Of a stretch of DNA of 64,000 nt, positions 1 through 9,034 are shown in pieces (position 1 is the first letter of the stretch; the number at the start of each line of letters is the position of its first letter). The notes below the pieces were generated by a model. The model saw nothing but the letters and a program-made list of their open reading frames with translations, was not told where the DNA came from and searched no databases. The position numbers and the translations under genes are program-made. Source of the DNA: Thermodesulfobacteriota bacterium (lineage in GTDB: Bacteria > Desulfobacterota > QYQD01); the NCBI GenBank assembly GCA_040754095.1, contig JBFMFO010000004.1, forward strand, positions 3,475 to 67,474. The letters are read 5' to 3'.

Positions 1-2
1 AG

Positions 3-65
3 CCTTACCAGGTTAAACAAGTCAGGGATGTGATCTTCAAATATCACATTCGTATTGGAGAATGA
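3..65 (+). CDS. partial ORF (3' end; gene begins left of window), positionally a candidate HicA-like toxin
   Basis: Open frame from window edge ending ...PYQVKQVRDVIFKYHIRIGE*. Its TGA (63-65) overlaps the ATG of the next gene (ATGA coupling). Family assignment is by position only. Confidence 0.3.
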   Translation, partial: PYQVKQVRDVIFKYHIRIGE

Positions 66-280
66 CGATGGATAAGAGATACGAAATCATCATTTTTTGG
101 AGTCCTGAGGACAATGCTTACGTGGCCGAGGTTCCAGAACTTGCCGGATGTATGGCCGACGGCAAGACCTACCAGGAGGCTCTCGGCAAGGCCGAACAAA
201 TTATTGAGGAATGGATCGAAACTGCCACGAAACTCGGCAGACCCATCCCTCAGCCGAAGGGCCGTCTTGCATATGCCTGA
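62..280 (+). CDS. hicB: HicB-family antitoxin
   Basis: 72-aa ORF. EIIIFWSPEDNAYVAEVPELAGCMADGKTYQEALGKAEQIIEEWIE resembles the HicB/UPF0150 N-domain. Confidence 0.65.
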   Translation: MTMDKRYEIIIFWSPEDNAYVAEVPELAGCMADGKTYQEALGKAEQIIEEWIETATKLGRPIPQPKGRLAYA

Positions 281-461
281 TCTGCAACGCTGATTGCACA
301 ACAACGGAATTCACCGGATCCCAAAAGCCCAAAGGCTTTTGGTCCAGGTGATTCCGGGCGTTATCTGTGAATGATTCGGAACATAGTTGCATTACTTTCC
401 AAAACTTGCATAATATACACCAAGTGAGACGATTCGCATTTACTATGTGAGGGGGAATACG

Positions 462-668
462 ATGTTTGAAATACACGAAGAGTATGTCATTGATGGAAAG
501 GGCAATAAAAAGGCTGTTGTAGTGCCATTTGGCGAATGGCGACAGATCTTGGAGGCACTGGAAGATCTCGATGACATCAGAGCGTATGATGAGGCCAAAT
601 CCAAGCCTTCAGATCCAATTCCTTTCGAAGAGGCGATTGATGAAATTGGAAAGGAATCATCCAATTGA
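462..668 (+). CDS. Phd/YefM-family antitoxin
   Basis: MFEIHEEYVIDGKGNKKAVVVPFGEWRQILEALEDLDDIRAYDEAK. GAGGGGGA RBS sits before ATG 462; the track ORF starts at the upstream in-frame ATG 447. Confidence 0.7.
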   Translation: MFEIHEEYVIDGKGNKKAVVVPFGEWRQILEALEDLDDIRAYDEAKSKPSDPIPFEEAIDEIGKESSN

Positions 669-922
669 AATACCAGCTTCTTATTGAACGGTCCGCACAA
701 AAAGAGCTTTCCAAAGTTCCTCATTAAGACCGGGCTCGCATTATTGCAGCCATCCAAGGGCTTTCCGAGGACCCCAGACCGTCTGGAGTCAAGAAACTAA
801 CCGGCAGGAATGCTTGGCGTATTAGAGTTGGCAACTATCGGGTAATTTACGAAATACAAGATAATAGCTTAGTGGTGCTGGTTGTCAGCGTTGGACATCG
901 CAAAGAAATATATCGTCGATAG
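665..922 (+). pseudogene. RelE/ParE-family toxin interrupted by an in-frame TAA at 725-727
   Basis: One frame reads [84 protein letters not shown]. Both halves look RelE/ParE-like. The start would be TTG 665, overlapping the antitoxin stop. Confidence 0.65.
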
Positions 923-1124
923 CCCATTAGAGATAACAACAGGTTCAACCAGACCGCGAGAAGCGGCGGGTTTGTGCGTTTGACGTGTCGGTATGCGTAG
1001 GAGAGCCCGGCGCGGCTGGTTAACCTTGCCGTTAGCAGTCAAAACTTTCATTCCGCCATTAAGTATTGACAACGGTATAAACTGATTGCATAATACAATT
1101 ACAAAACGATGCATGAGGTGAAAT

Positions 1125-1382
1125 ATGTCTGGAGTCAAAACCGCTATATCGTTGGATGAAGAATTATTTGACAAGGTCAACAAGCTAGCGCATAAACTAC
1201 ATGTTTCACGTAGCCGGCTGTTTACCATCGCGGTGAGAGATTATTTGAAAAAAGAAGAAAACCGAATACTGCTTGCCCAACTGAATGATGCATACAGTAA
1301 CCACACAGATGATGAAGAAAGAAAAATTTCTACATCTATGAAAGCCAAACACCGCAAAATCATAGGGCAAGAGACATGGTAA
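1125..1382 (+). CDS. ribbon-helix-helix (CopG/ParD-like) antitoxin of a MazF/PemK pair
   Basis: 85 aa: MSGVKTAISLDEELFDKVNKLAHKLHVSRSRLFTIAVRDYL. Its stop overlaps the downstream toxin start; a TTGACA...TATAA-like promoter lies at ~1066-1100. Confidence 0.65.
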   Translation: MSGVKTAISLDEELFDKVNKLAHKLHVSRSRLFTIAVRDYLKKEENRILLAQLNDAYSNHTDDEERKISTSMKAKHRKIIGQETW

Positions 1383-1729
1383 TCGAACAAGGTGAAATCT
1401 ATTGGGTTGACCTTGGTCAGCCATCAGGGTCTGAGCCGGGCTATCGGCATCCTCACGTAGTTATTCAAAACAATTTATTTAACGCGAGCAAAATTAATAC
1501 GGTAGTAATTTGTGCTCTTACCTCAAACATCAAAAGAGCTCAGGCGCCGGGCAACGTTTTACTGAATAAAGGTGAAGCCAACCTTCCTAAAAAAAGTGTT
1601 GTAAATATTTCGCAAATTTACACGGTTAATAAAAACGACTTGGTTGAAAAAATTGGTAAGGTTTCAGAAAAAAGATTTAACGAAATTCTTAAAGGCATAA
1701 AACTGCTCACCGAGCCGAGAGAAGTTTAA
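1376..1729 (+). CDS. MazF/PemK-family endoribonuclease toxin
   Basis: 117 aa: EQGEIYWVDLGQPSGSEPGYRHPHVVIQNNLFNASKINTVVICALTSN is a typical PemK/MazF core. Confidence 0.75.
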   Translation: MVIEQGEIYWVDLGQPSGSEPGYRHPHVVIQNNLFNASKINTVVICALTSNIKRAQAPGNVLLNKGEANLPKKSVVNISQIYTVNKNDLVEKIGKVSEKRFNEILKGIKLLTEPREV

Positions 1730-1838
1730 CCATCAAAATGCCCTTGTCAAAAAACTGCTGACCAAGCTATTAAACCGACGGCAAGGCCTGCGGCCTTGTT
1801 TCCTCGCTTCGCTCGGCTGCACCTTATACCTTTCGTTA

Positions 1839-3770
1839 TTATGACGCCCAGATAAGCTCACCGGTTTGGCTCGTATCATAGCCGCCCAACTGTTCAACGA
1901 TTTCCTTAAACTCAGGTGACATGATAACTGCCATGAGTGCACGGATTCTTTCATCATCCCAAAACATAGCCGGTATGACCAGATCGTAACGTTCCTTAAC
2001 TACCGAAATAAAATCTAACCCTAGCGCCCTGGCTGCCGCATATATGCCCAGGCCTACATCAGCGCTGCCGCTTAAGACATCCACGGCTACCGACATGTGG
2101 GTGTATTCTTCCCTTTCATAGCCGGTTATTTCAGCAGGAGAGATACCCAACTTTTTTAGCTGGAAATCAAGCAGGATGCGGGTGCCGGAGCCTGCCTGCC
2201 GGTTGATAAAGCCTACATCTTTACGCCTGAGATCGTGAATGGACCGGATTTCTTTCGGATTCCCTTTTGCGACCATTAACCCCTGCTCCCGATAGACCAG
2301 ATTTACCAATTTTACCGGGACATTGAGGATTATTTTTTTGATATATGGAATGTTATATTCTCCTGTTTCCGGATCAAAGAGGTGCGAGCCGGCCAGATGG
2401 GCCATGCCTTTGCCGATGGCCAGCAGCCCGCCGGTACTGCCGACATGGCTGGAGGACAGGCTTAACCGGGGAGTCCTTTTTTTGATCTCGTTGGCTAACA
2501 CGTCTATGGTGAGGTCATGGCTTCCGATGATGACCATGGTATCTGTGATTTCACGGGCTTCTTTTAAAAGTTCTATCTCCACTTCTTCATCGGCGTTTAT
2601 TCCCTCGGAAAGATGCGGTATGCGCAGTATGCCGTCGGCCTTGGTCAGGGTAGTAATCGCGCCGGCCCCGCGGGGCAGGGGAGTAGCGATGGTCGTATCG
2701 CCTACGCGGCCTACGTTGACCCTGAGGAATTCCTCCGTGCCCAGCTTGGAAGGGATCTTGCGCGCCGGTCTGGCCGTGATACGGGGACGTTCCGGTGGAG
2801 AGATGCCCAGCATTTTATAAAGAATGGGACGGACAAACCGGTCGAAGGAGATGACGGCCGATACCGGGTAGCCCGGATTTCCTATGACCGGCTTGCCGGA
2901 GATGGTGCCGAGTATCGTAGGCTTCCCCGGCATAATAGTCACTCCGTGCACCAGAACCTGGCCTAATTCTTTTATGACCTTAAAGGTATAGTCTTCCGAG
3001 CCGGCCGAGGAGCCGGCATTAATTATTACGCAGTCATAATCGGCGGCGCAGGCCTTTTGTACGGCGTCTTTGATACGGGCATAATCATCGGATATTATCT
3101 CGTGCCGGGTGGCGATGGCCCCGCATTTTTCCACCAGACCGGCCAGGATATGCGAGTTATATTCGACGATCTTTCCCCGGGGAGGTACATCACCGGTAAT
3201 GTCTTCGGCGGCTATGAGTTCGCTGCCGGTAGGTATGACGGCCACACGCGGTTTTTTCTTTACCGGAAGCATAAATATCCCGCCGGCCAGGAGCGCGCCG
3301 ATGTCAAACGGTGTTACGCGATGGTTCTGAGGCAATACCAGTTCGGTGGCCACGATGTCCTCGCCTACCTTGCGCACGTATTTCCAGGGATGGGCCGGGG
3401 CCTGTATTTCCACAGTGTTTTCGTCCAACTGGTGGACTTCCTCGATCATAATAACGGCATTGGTTCCGGGCGGCAGGATATGGCCGGTGTTCACAAAGAG
3501 TGCCTTTTTGCCGACGGTCAGTTGTCTGGGATTTCCTTCAGAGGCGCCGTAGGTATCTTCAGCCATAACGGCTATGCCGTCCATGGCCGCGGAGTGAAAG
3601 GACGGGGAAGAAAAACGGGCATATACAGCCTCGTCTGTGATTCGGCCCAGGGCCTCAGTCGCAGGAATCTTTTCGCTCTTGAGTATATGTGCATAATCAA
3701 GGGCATTGAAGAATATCTCCTGGGCCTCGGCCAAGGTCTTCATTTCCAGATAGATTTTCCGCAAAGCCAT
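1839..3770 (-). CDS. moeA: MoeA molybdopterin molybdo/tungsto-transferase fused to a C-terminal periplasmic-binding-protein-like (molybdate/tungstate-binding-like) domain
   Basis: 643 aa. The N-terminal ~400 aa carry the MoeA core (SPSFHSAAMDG..., GGVSVG-like region); the C-terminal ~240 aa form a PBP-like extension. ATG has a GGAGG RBS. Confidence 0.8.
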   Translation of the reverse strand: MALRKIYLEMKTLAEAQEIFFNALDYAHILKSEKIPATEALGRITDEAVYARFSSPSFHSAAMDGIAVMAEDTYGASEGNPRQLTVGKKALFVNTGHILPPGTNAVIMIEEVHQLDENTVEIQAPAHPWKYVRKVGEDIVATELVLPQNHRVTPFDIGALLAGGIFMLPVKKKPRVAVIPTGSELIAAEDITGDVPPRGKIVEYNSHILAGLVEKCGAIATRHEIISDDYARIKDAVQKACAADYDCVIINAGSSAGSEDYTFKVIKELGQVLVHGVTIMPGKPTILGTISGKPVIGNPGYPVSAVISFDRFVRPILYKMLGISPPERPRITARPARKIPSKLGTEEFLRVNVGRVGDTTIATPLPRGAGAITTLTKADGILRIPHLSEGINADEEVEIELLKEAREITDTMVIIGSHDLTIDVLANEIKKRTPRLSLSSSHVGSTGGLLAIGKGMAHLAGSHLFDPETGEYNIPYIKKIILNVPVKLVNLVYREQGLMVAKGNPKEIRSIHDLRRKDVGFINRQAGSGTRILLDFQLKKLGISPAEITGYEREEYTHMSVAVDVLSGSADVGLGIYAAARALGLDFISVVKERYDLVIPAMFWDDERIRALMAVIMSPEFKEIVEQLGGYDTSQTGELIWAS

Positions 3771-3805
3771 GACCTCCTGATTCTTCAGAATTAGCTGTTC
3801 AATTT

Positions 3806-3953
3806 CTCACGCAAAGGCGCAAAGTGCGCAGAGCAAAAATGTATTAAGCCCAAATGCCGCAATACTTTTAACATTTGAACTTTGGGCTTGACTTGACATT
3901 TGAGCTTTATCATTTGTCATTTGACTTTGTAGTCTTTGCGTCTTTGCGGTGAG
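3806..3953. repeat. ~150-bp intergenic element bounded by inverted repeats CTCACGCAAAG...CTTTGCGGTGAG, carrying a GCGCAGAG motif and TTTGA-rich repeats (family with 5399-5480 and 54261-54420)
   Basis: Direct reading: terminal IRs, tandem CGCAAAG repeats and a GCGCAGAGCAAAAATGTATTAAG block shared with 54268-54300. Confidence 0.5.
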
Positions 3954-3959
3954 TGGTTT

Positions 3960-5294
3960 TCAAAATAAATAGACATCGACTATGGAATCCTTATCCAGTC
4001 CTTCTGTATTCATATCGACCCTGATTAATCCGTGGGCCTTGGTCATAGTGGAGATAAGCCCTGATTTGCCGAAGACAGGTTCGGCTACATAACCCGTTTC
4101 ATCTGAAAATCCCCCTGTGTCTCCCTTTCCCAAAGGGGGAATATGATGTGCTCCCCCCTTTTTAAAGGGGGGATGGGGGGATTTGAACGGCGCGTGTTTT
4201 TCATCAGGGAGGATGCGCACCCGGACATAGTCTTCCCGGCCCTGCGCAGACGGCACATTACGAGACAGCCGGGCCTTTATGAGTTGTGAGTGAGCTATTG
4301 TTTGTGGCTCAAGTCCTCCGATCCGTTGCAGCAAAGGACGGACAAAAAGCCAAAAAATAATCATGGAAGATGCCGGATGGCCGGGCAATCCCCAGAGGGC
4401 CTTCTTTCCGATCCGGGCCAGGATGGTAGGCTTTCCCGGACTTACGGATACGCCGTGCAACAGTATCCGGCTTTCAGGAAAGGACTCGAACACCGCGACC
4501 GTAAAATCCCGGCTGCCTACAGAACTCCCGCCGGATACAAGGATAATATCCGCCTGTTCTATCCCTTCGATGCACTTTGCGCGAAGGGCGTCAAATTTGT
4601 CCGGCACGATGCCCAGGTAACCAGGTATCCCGCCGTTTTCAAACACTGCGGCCCAAAGCGTATAGGCGTTGATGTCTCTTATTTTACCGGGGGGCGGCAT
4701 CTCTTGAATCGGGACTATCTCGTCTCCTGTGGAGATAATAGCCACCCGTGGTTTTTGATGAACAATGATTTTTTGCCGGCCAATTGCGGCCAATGCCCCA
4801 ATATCCTGAGGGCGTAACCTGTGTCCTCTGGACAGGATTTCTTCGCCTTTTTTCAAGTCTTCTCCACGCAGAATAACGTGTTCGCCGGGGGCGACCGTTT
4901 TCATGACCTCAATAGTCGTCTCGTCCGCTTGTTGTGTATATTCCTGCATGACTACGGCATCACCCCCTGGAGGGAGCATGCCGCCGGTCAGGATCCTGTA
5001 TGCCTGCCCACCCGAAAGCGCCCGGGAAGGAGATGCGCCCATATCTACGCTGCCGGCTATGGTCAGCAAGGCGGGCATACTTTCAGAGGAACCGAAGGTA
5101 TCTCTGGCCCGAACCGCATATCCATCCATAGTGGAACGGCTAAAGGGCGGCATATCTTCCGGTGAGATAACGGGTTCAGCCAAAATGCGCCCGGCACCTT
5201 CCGGCAGAGAGATTTCTTCCGTAGGTCCAACCGGGAACTCGTTGATAATAGCGAATACCTCGTCGGATGTCTTGACCTTAAAGAATTCTTTCAT
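3960..5294 (-). CDS. moeA: MoeA molybdopterin molybdenumtransferase paralog carrying an in-frame 37-codon repeat-element insertion
   Basis: 444 aa with MoeA N- and C-domains (SRSTMDGYAVRARD..., AEPVFGKSGLISTMTKAHGLIRV). The extra segment KHAPFKSPHPPFKKGGAHHIPPLGKGDTGGFSDETGYV is encoded by the palindromic element at 4104-4200. Confidence 0.8.
   Translation of the reverse strand: MKEFFKVKTSDEVFAIINEFPVGPTEEISLPEGAGRILAEPVISPEDMPPFSRSTMDGYAVRARDTFGSSESMPALLTIAGSVDMGASPSRALSGGQAYRILTGGMLPPGGDAVVMQEYTQQADETTIEVMKTVAPGEHVILRGEDLKKGEEILSRGHRLRPQDIGALAAIGRQKIIVHQKPRVAIISTGDEIVPIQEMPPPGKIRDINAYTLWAAVFENGGIPGYLGIVPDKFDALRAKCIEGIEQADIILVSGGSSVGSRDFTVAVFESFPESRILLHGVSVSPGKPTILARIGKKALWGLPGHPASSMIIFWLFVRPLLQRIGGLEPQTIAHSQLIKARLSRNVPSAQGREDYVRVRILPDEKHAPFKSPHPPFKKGGAHHIPPLGKGDTGGFSDETGYVAEPVFGKSGLISTMTKAHGLIRVDMNTEGLDKDSIVDVYLF
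4104..4200. repeat. MITE-like nested palindromic element, copy A (inside the moeA CDS)
   Basis: TGAAAATCCCCC...TCCCTTTCCCAAAGGGGGA...CTCCCCCCTTTTTAAAGGGGGGA...GGGGGATTTGAA. Terminal IRs AAAATCCCCC/GGGGGATTT enclose two internal hairpins. Related copies lie at 39304-39400 and 52769-52880. Confidence 0.75.
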
Positions 5295-5398
5295 TTTTGT
5301 TTCATAATAGAGTATCTTATAATATCTGCCTTACAAGGGACACAGAGATAAAAATTTCGAAGTGCGAATTTTGATGAACTCGTAAAAAGTAAAATTTT

Positions 5399-5480
5399 AC
5401 CGCAGAGATCGCGGAGAACGCCGAGATAACATATTGAATGGTTTAAGATTTTCCTCTGCGCCCTCTGCGTGCTCTGCGGT
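5399..5480. repeat. IR-bounded element (ACCGCAGAG...CTCTGCGGT) with three tandem CTCTGCG 9-mers, upstream of fdhD
   Basis: Perfect 9-bp IR arms at 5399-5407 and 5472-5480. The 9-bp-periodic repeats run CTCTGCGCC, CTCTGCGTG, CTCTGCGGT. Confidence 0.5.
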
Positions 5481-5527
5481 GAAACATCTTTTTTGCGAAT
5501 TGATCAATTTTAAAGGAGTTATCCATC

Positions 5528-6256
5528 ATGTCTTCCGGGCTCATTAAATCATTCCCGGTCATTCAAGTCAATAAAAATGGCCGCCAGATGGTCTCAGACG
5601 AGGTGGCATGTGAGACGCCCTGCCATCTTTTTATAGACCGGAACCTGGTTGCTACGGTTAGCGTCTCACCCATGGACCTGGAGGATTATGCCGTTGGCCG
5701 TGTGGTGACGGATGGGTTTTTGGCCTTTGAGGAGATCGCCGAAGTCAATATCGACGAAGCTGGAATCCATGTACGCAGCAAGACGGGTGTAGCTGTCGGC
5801 GAAAGACCGTCAGGGGATATTTCACCCATAGATTCGGCGCTGCAAATCTCGGAAAGGCAGGTACTGTCCTGCGCCGGTTCTTTATCCTCCTTTGCAGGCC
5901 ATTGGCAGAGGACGGGGGGATTGCACATTGCGGTCTTGTTTGACCGCCGTAGCGAGCTGATCCGGGCAGCGGAAGATGTCGGGCGTCATAACGCGGTGGA
6001 CAAGGTGGTGGGCCATGCCTTTAAAAACGGCCATAATCTTTCGGAATGTTTTCTGGTGTGCAGCGGCCGGCAACCGGAGGATATGGTGGCCAAGGTCGCC
6101 AGGGCAGGTATCCCCGTTGTTATTTCACGCGCGGCAACTACCGATCGGGGCATTGCCCTGGCGGATAAAGTCGGCCTGACGTTGATCGGCTTTGCCCGGG
6201 AGGATCGTTTTACCGTTTACACTCATCCCGATAGAATTATCAAATCTTCCTTATAA
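5528..6256 (+). CDS. fdhD: formate dehydrogenase accessory sulfurtransferase FdhD
   Basis: 242 aa: CETPCHLFIDRNLVATVSVSPMDLEDYAVGRVVTDGF and VGRHNAVDKVVG are FdhD motifs. Confidence 0.8.
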   Translation: MSSGLIKSFPVIQVNKNGRQMVSDEVACETPCHLFIDRNLVATVSVSPMDLEDYAVGRVVTDGFLAFEEIAEVNIDEAGIHVRSKTGVAVGERPSGDISPIDSALQISERQVLSCAGSLSSFAGHWQRTGGLHIAVLFDRRSELIRAAEDVGRHNAVDKVVGHAFKNGHNLSECFLVCSGRQPEDMVAKVARAGIPVVISRAATTDRGIALADKVGLTLIGFAREDRFTVYTHPDRIIKSSL

Positions 6257-6371
6257 AGTGTGTATAGGCACAACATATAGTGTGCCAATCTCATCCGACA
6301 ACAATATGATATTATTAATATTTGCTCATGTGTATATTTTAACAAAAAGTGAGTGTTCATTCATTTAATAC

Positions 6372-6400
6372 TTGACAGTGTCGGGATCTTACAGTATATA
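6372..6400 (+). promoter_or_regulatory. sigma70-type promoter for sat (TTGACA-17-TATATA)
   Basis: TTGACA at 6372-6377, 17-nt spacer, TATATA at 6395-6400. This gives a ~180-nt leader before sat. Confidence 0.5.
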
Positions 6401-6580
6401 AAAACCCTAAGTCTAAAAATAGATTTTTTGTGCTTTAAGCCTTTGGCTTGTAGATAGTATTTAATGGAGGGGGGTGTTTTGGGAGGACCGAGGTAAAAAT
6501 ATCATTTCATGTCTATTAAATGGTGAGGCGTAACGACGCATTGCCACATTATTATTGATGAATCATAAGGAGGAAATAGA

Positions 6581-7825
6581 ATGGCTTTAATTGAACCACA
6601 TGGCGGAAGAGGTTTGGTATGTAGTTTACTGGAGGGGAAAGATCGTGAAGCGGAATTGACCAAGGCAAAAACCCTGAAGCAGGTCCGGATCCATTCGCGG
6701 GCTACTTCTGACCTGATAATGATGGGTATCGGGGCCTTCAGCCCGTTGCACGGATTCATGACCAAGAAGGATTGGAAGGGTGTGTGCGAGAACTTCACGA
6801 TGGCCGACGGCACCTTCTGGCCGATTCCTATTACGGTTGACTGCAGCAAGGCAGATGCCGACGCGATCAAACCGGACTCAGAGATCGCTCTGGTGGATGA
6901 CGCTACCGGCACGATTATGGCGACGATGAAGGTGGTAGAGAAGTATGATATGACCGAGGCCGACAAGAGCTGGGAATGTATGCAGGTCTTCACGACGGAT
7001 GATATTGCAGGCCATCCCGGTGTCGAGAAAGTACATAAACAAAAAGAAGTCAACCTGGCCGGCCCGGTGAAGGTATTGAGCGAACTGGACTTCCCTACAA
7101 AGTTTGCAGGCATCTATAAGAGACCGGCGGAAGTGAGACAGATATTCCAGGATAAGGGGTGGAGCCGTATCGCCGCGTTACAACTTCGTAATCCGATGCA
7201 TCGTTCACATGAATACCTGGCCAAAATCGCTATCGAGGTCTGTGACGGTGTCATCATCCATTCGCTGATCGGTGCATTGAAATCCGGTGATATACCTGCT
7301 GACGTTCGTGTCAAGTGTATAGATGTCCTGGTTGAGAACTACTTCAATAAGGACATGGTGGTGCAGGCCGGCTATCCTATGGAAATGCGTTATGGCGGGC
7401 CGAGAGAGGCCTTGCTCCACGCCACGTTCCGTCAGAACTACGGTGTCACCCACATGCTTATCGGCCGCGATCATGCCGGTGTGGGCGATTACTACGGCAT
7501 TTTTGATGCCCAGACGATCTTCGACAAGATCCCGAAGGGCGAAGGCGGAAAGTATCTCAAATGCAAGCCGCTGAAGATCGACTGGACGTTCTACTGCCAT
7601 AAGTGCGACGGCATGGCCTCAATGCGCACCTGCCCGCACACCAAGGCGGATCGCGTCATCCTGAGCGGCACCAAGCTGCGCAAGATGCTGTCCGAGGGCG
7701 AGGAGGTTCCGGATCATTTTGGCCGTAACGAAGTCCTCGATATCCTGAGAAAATACTACTCGGGACTGACCGAGAAGGTAGAGATCAAGCTGCAGAAGTT
7801 TGCCACGGGTGAGGAGATGAAGTAA
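6581..7825 (+). CDS. sat: sulfate adenylyltransferase (ATP sulfurylase)
   Basis: 414 aa: [13 protein letters not shown] and GRDHAGVG motifs; typical Sat of sulfate reducers. Confidence 0.9.
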   Translation: MALIEPHGGRGLVCSLLEGKDREAELTKAKTLKQVRIHSRATSDLIMMGIGAFSPLHGFMTKKDWKGVCENFTMADGTFWPIPITVDCSKADADAIKPDSEIALVDDATGTIMATMKVVEKYDMTEADKSWECMQVFTTDDIAGHPGVEKVHKQKEVNLAGPVKVLSELDFPTKFAGIYKRPAEVRQIFQDKGWSRIAALQLRNPMHRSHEYLAKIAIEVCDGVIIHSLIGALKSGDIPADVRVKCIDVLVENYFNKDMVVQAGYPMEMRYGGPREALLHATFRQNYGVTHMLIGRDHAGVGDYYGIFDAQTIFDKIPKGEGGKYLKCKPLKIDWTFYCHKCDGMASMRTCPHTKADRVILSGTKLRKMLSEGEEVPDHFGRNEVLDILRKYYSGLTEKVEIKLQKFATGEEMK

Positions 7826-7865
7826 GTACCCGGCAATAGTCTTCTTAATTACAGTTGCGTTGATC

Positions 7866-7918
7866 ATGCCGGTATGGTGGCCGTTCATAATGGATGTCGC
7901 CATACCGGCATTTTTTTG
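7866..7918 (+). terminator. rho-independent terminator after sat
   Basis: ATGCCGGTATGG...CCATACCGGCAT stem followed by TTTTTTT. Confidence 0.6.
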
Positions 7919-7988
7919 GCTTTGATGCACAGGTGGGCAGACTTTAATTTACCCCGGAGTCTTGTTCGAACACCTGGAATAACCGGCT

Positions 7989-8957
7989 ATGGAAATTAAT
8001 GACAAAGAGGCTGTAGAGGCCATGGCCAGGCAATATCTTGGTGAGGATTCTTCGCCAAAGGCATTCCGCTTCGTTAGCGCCGACATGGATTTTTTTGCTG
8101 TGGACTATAATGATATCCTGGCGCTGGGTGACAGGTATTACCTGATTCGCGGGGTAGAGACGGAGAAGCGTTTCGGGATCGAGGATGAACCCAAATACTG
8201 GGTGAAGAGGGTAGTGGATCTGCGGGACAATTATGCTAAAAAAATTATCAAATTCTGTTTTTTTGAAGAGTTCTCCAGCCATATTGGGGGGATAAGGTTT
8301 AAACTTGCGCGAAGTCCTGTCAAGGAAGCCCGCATTCTGAAAAAGGTGGAGGGTCACCCGAACTTCATGCAAGGGCGTACGGTGGAACAGATACGGGGAA
8401 ATCCTATCAGAGTCCTGGATTTCATTAATGGGCCGTCTCTCTATGAACACCTCATGGGCCTGCATATGGAATATGATGAATACTTCCATCAGGCCCTGCC
8501 TTCTCTGTTGGACAGGCTCATCGTTTGCTTCCGCGCCATGGGTTGGCTGCACGATCAGGGTGAAATACACGGAGACATCAGGCAGGATCATATCCTTATC
8601 GACAAGACGGACGGCTTGTTCAGATGGATTGATTTTGACTACAACTACTCGACCAAAGGGTCTCGTTTCGGTTACGACATGTTCGGCCTGGGAAACATCC
8701 TGGCGGCTGTTGTGGGATGCGGGAGTTGCACCCTGCAGCAACTGAAGGCTGAGCGACCTGAAGTCCTGGCCAGGCTCTACTACGAAGATACAAATATTGT
8801 ATGGTCGAACAGGGTAGTGAATCTAAAAAAAGTATATCCGCAGATACCGGAGGGCTTGAACCGGGTTTTGATGCATTTTTCGGCAGGCGCCACGGTCTTC
8901 TACGAAACGGTCCGGGAACTTCTTGAAGACTTGGAGGAGGCGCGGGTGGAAATGTAG
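7989..8957 (+). CDS. protein-kinase-like fold protein (APH/Ser-Thr kinase superfamily), function unknown
   Basis: 322 aa: HGDIRQDHILID catalytic-loop-like motif and a DFDY Mg-binding-like motif. Embedded between sat and aprBA. Confidence 0.5.
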   Translation: MEINDKEAVEAMARQYLGEDSSPKAFRFVSADMDFFAVDYNDILALGDRYYLIRGVETEKRFGIEDEPKYWVKRVVDLRDNYAKKIIKFCFFEEFSSHIGGIRFKLARSPVKEARILKKVEGHPNFMQGRTVEQIRGNPIRVLDFINGPSLYEHLMGLHMEYDEYFHQALPSLLDRLIVCFRAMGWLHDQGEIHGDIRQDHILIDKTDGLFRWIDFDYNYSTKGSRFGYDMFGLGNILAAVVGCGSCTLQQLKAERPEVLARLYYEDTNIVWSNRVVNLKKVYPQIPEGLNRVLMHFSAGATVFYETVRELLEDLEEARVEM

Positions 8958-9034
8958 TTTGGTAGTCTCCTATCCGGGGAGCCTTGCCGATCTGACAGAG
9001 GAACTCAGATAAAACAAAAGAGGGGGGAGATACG

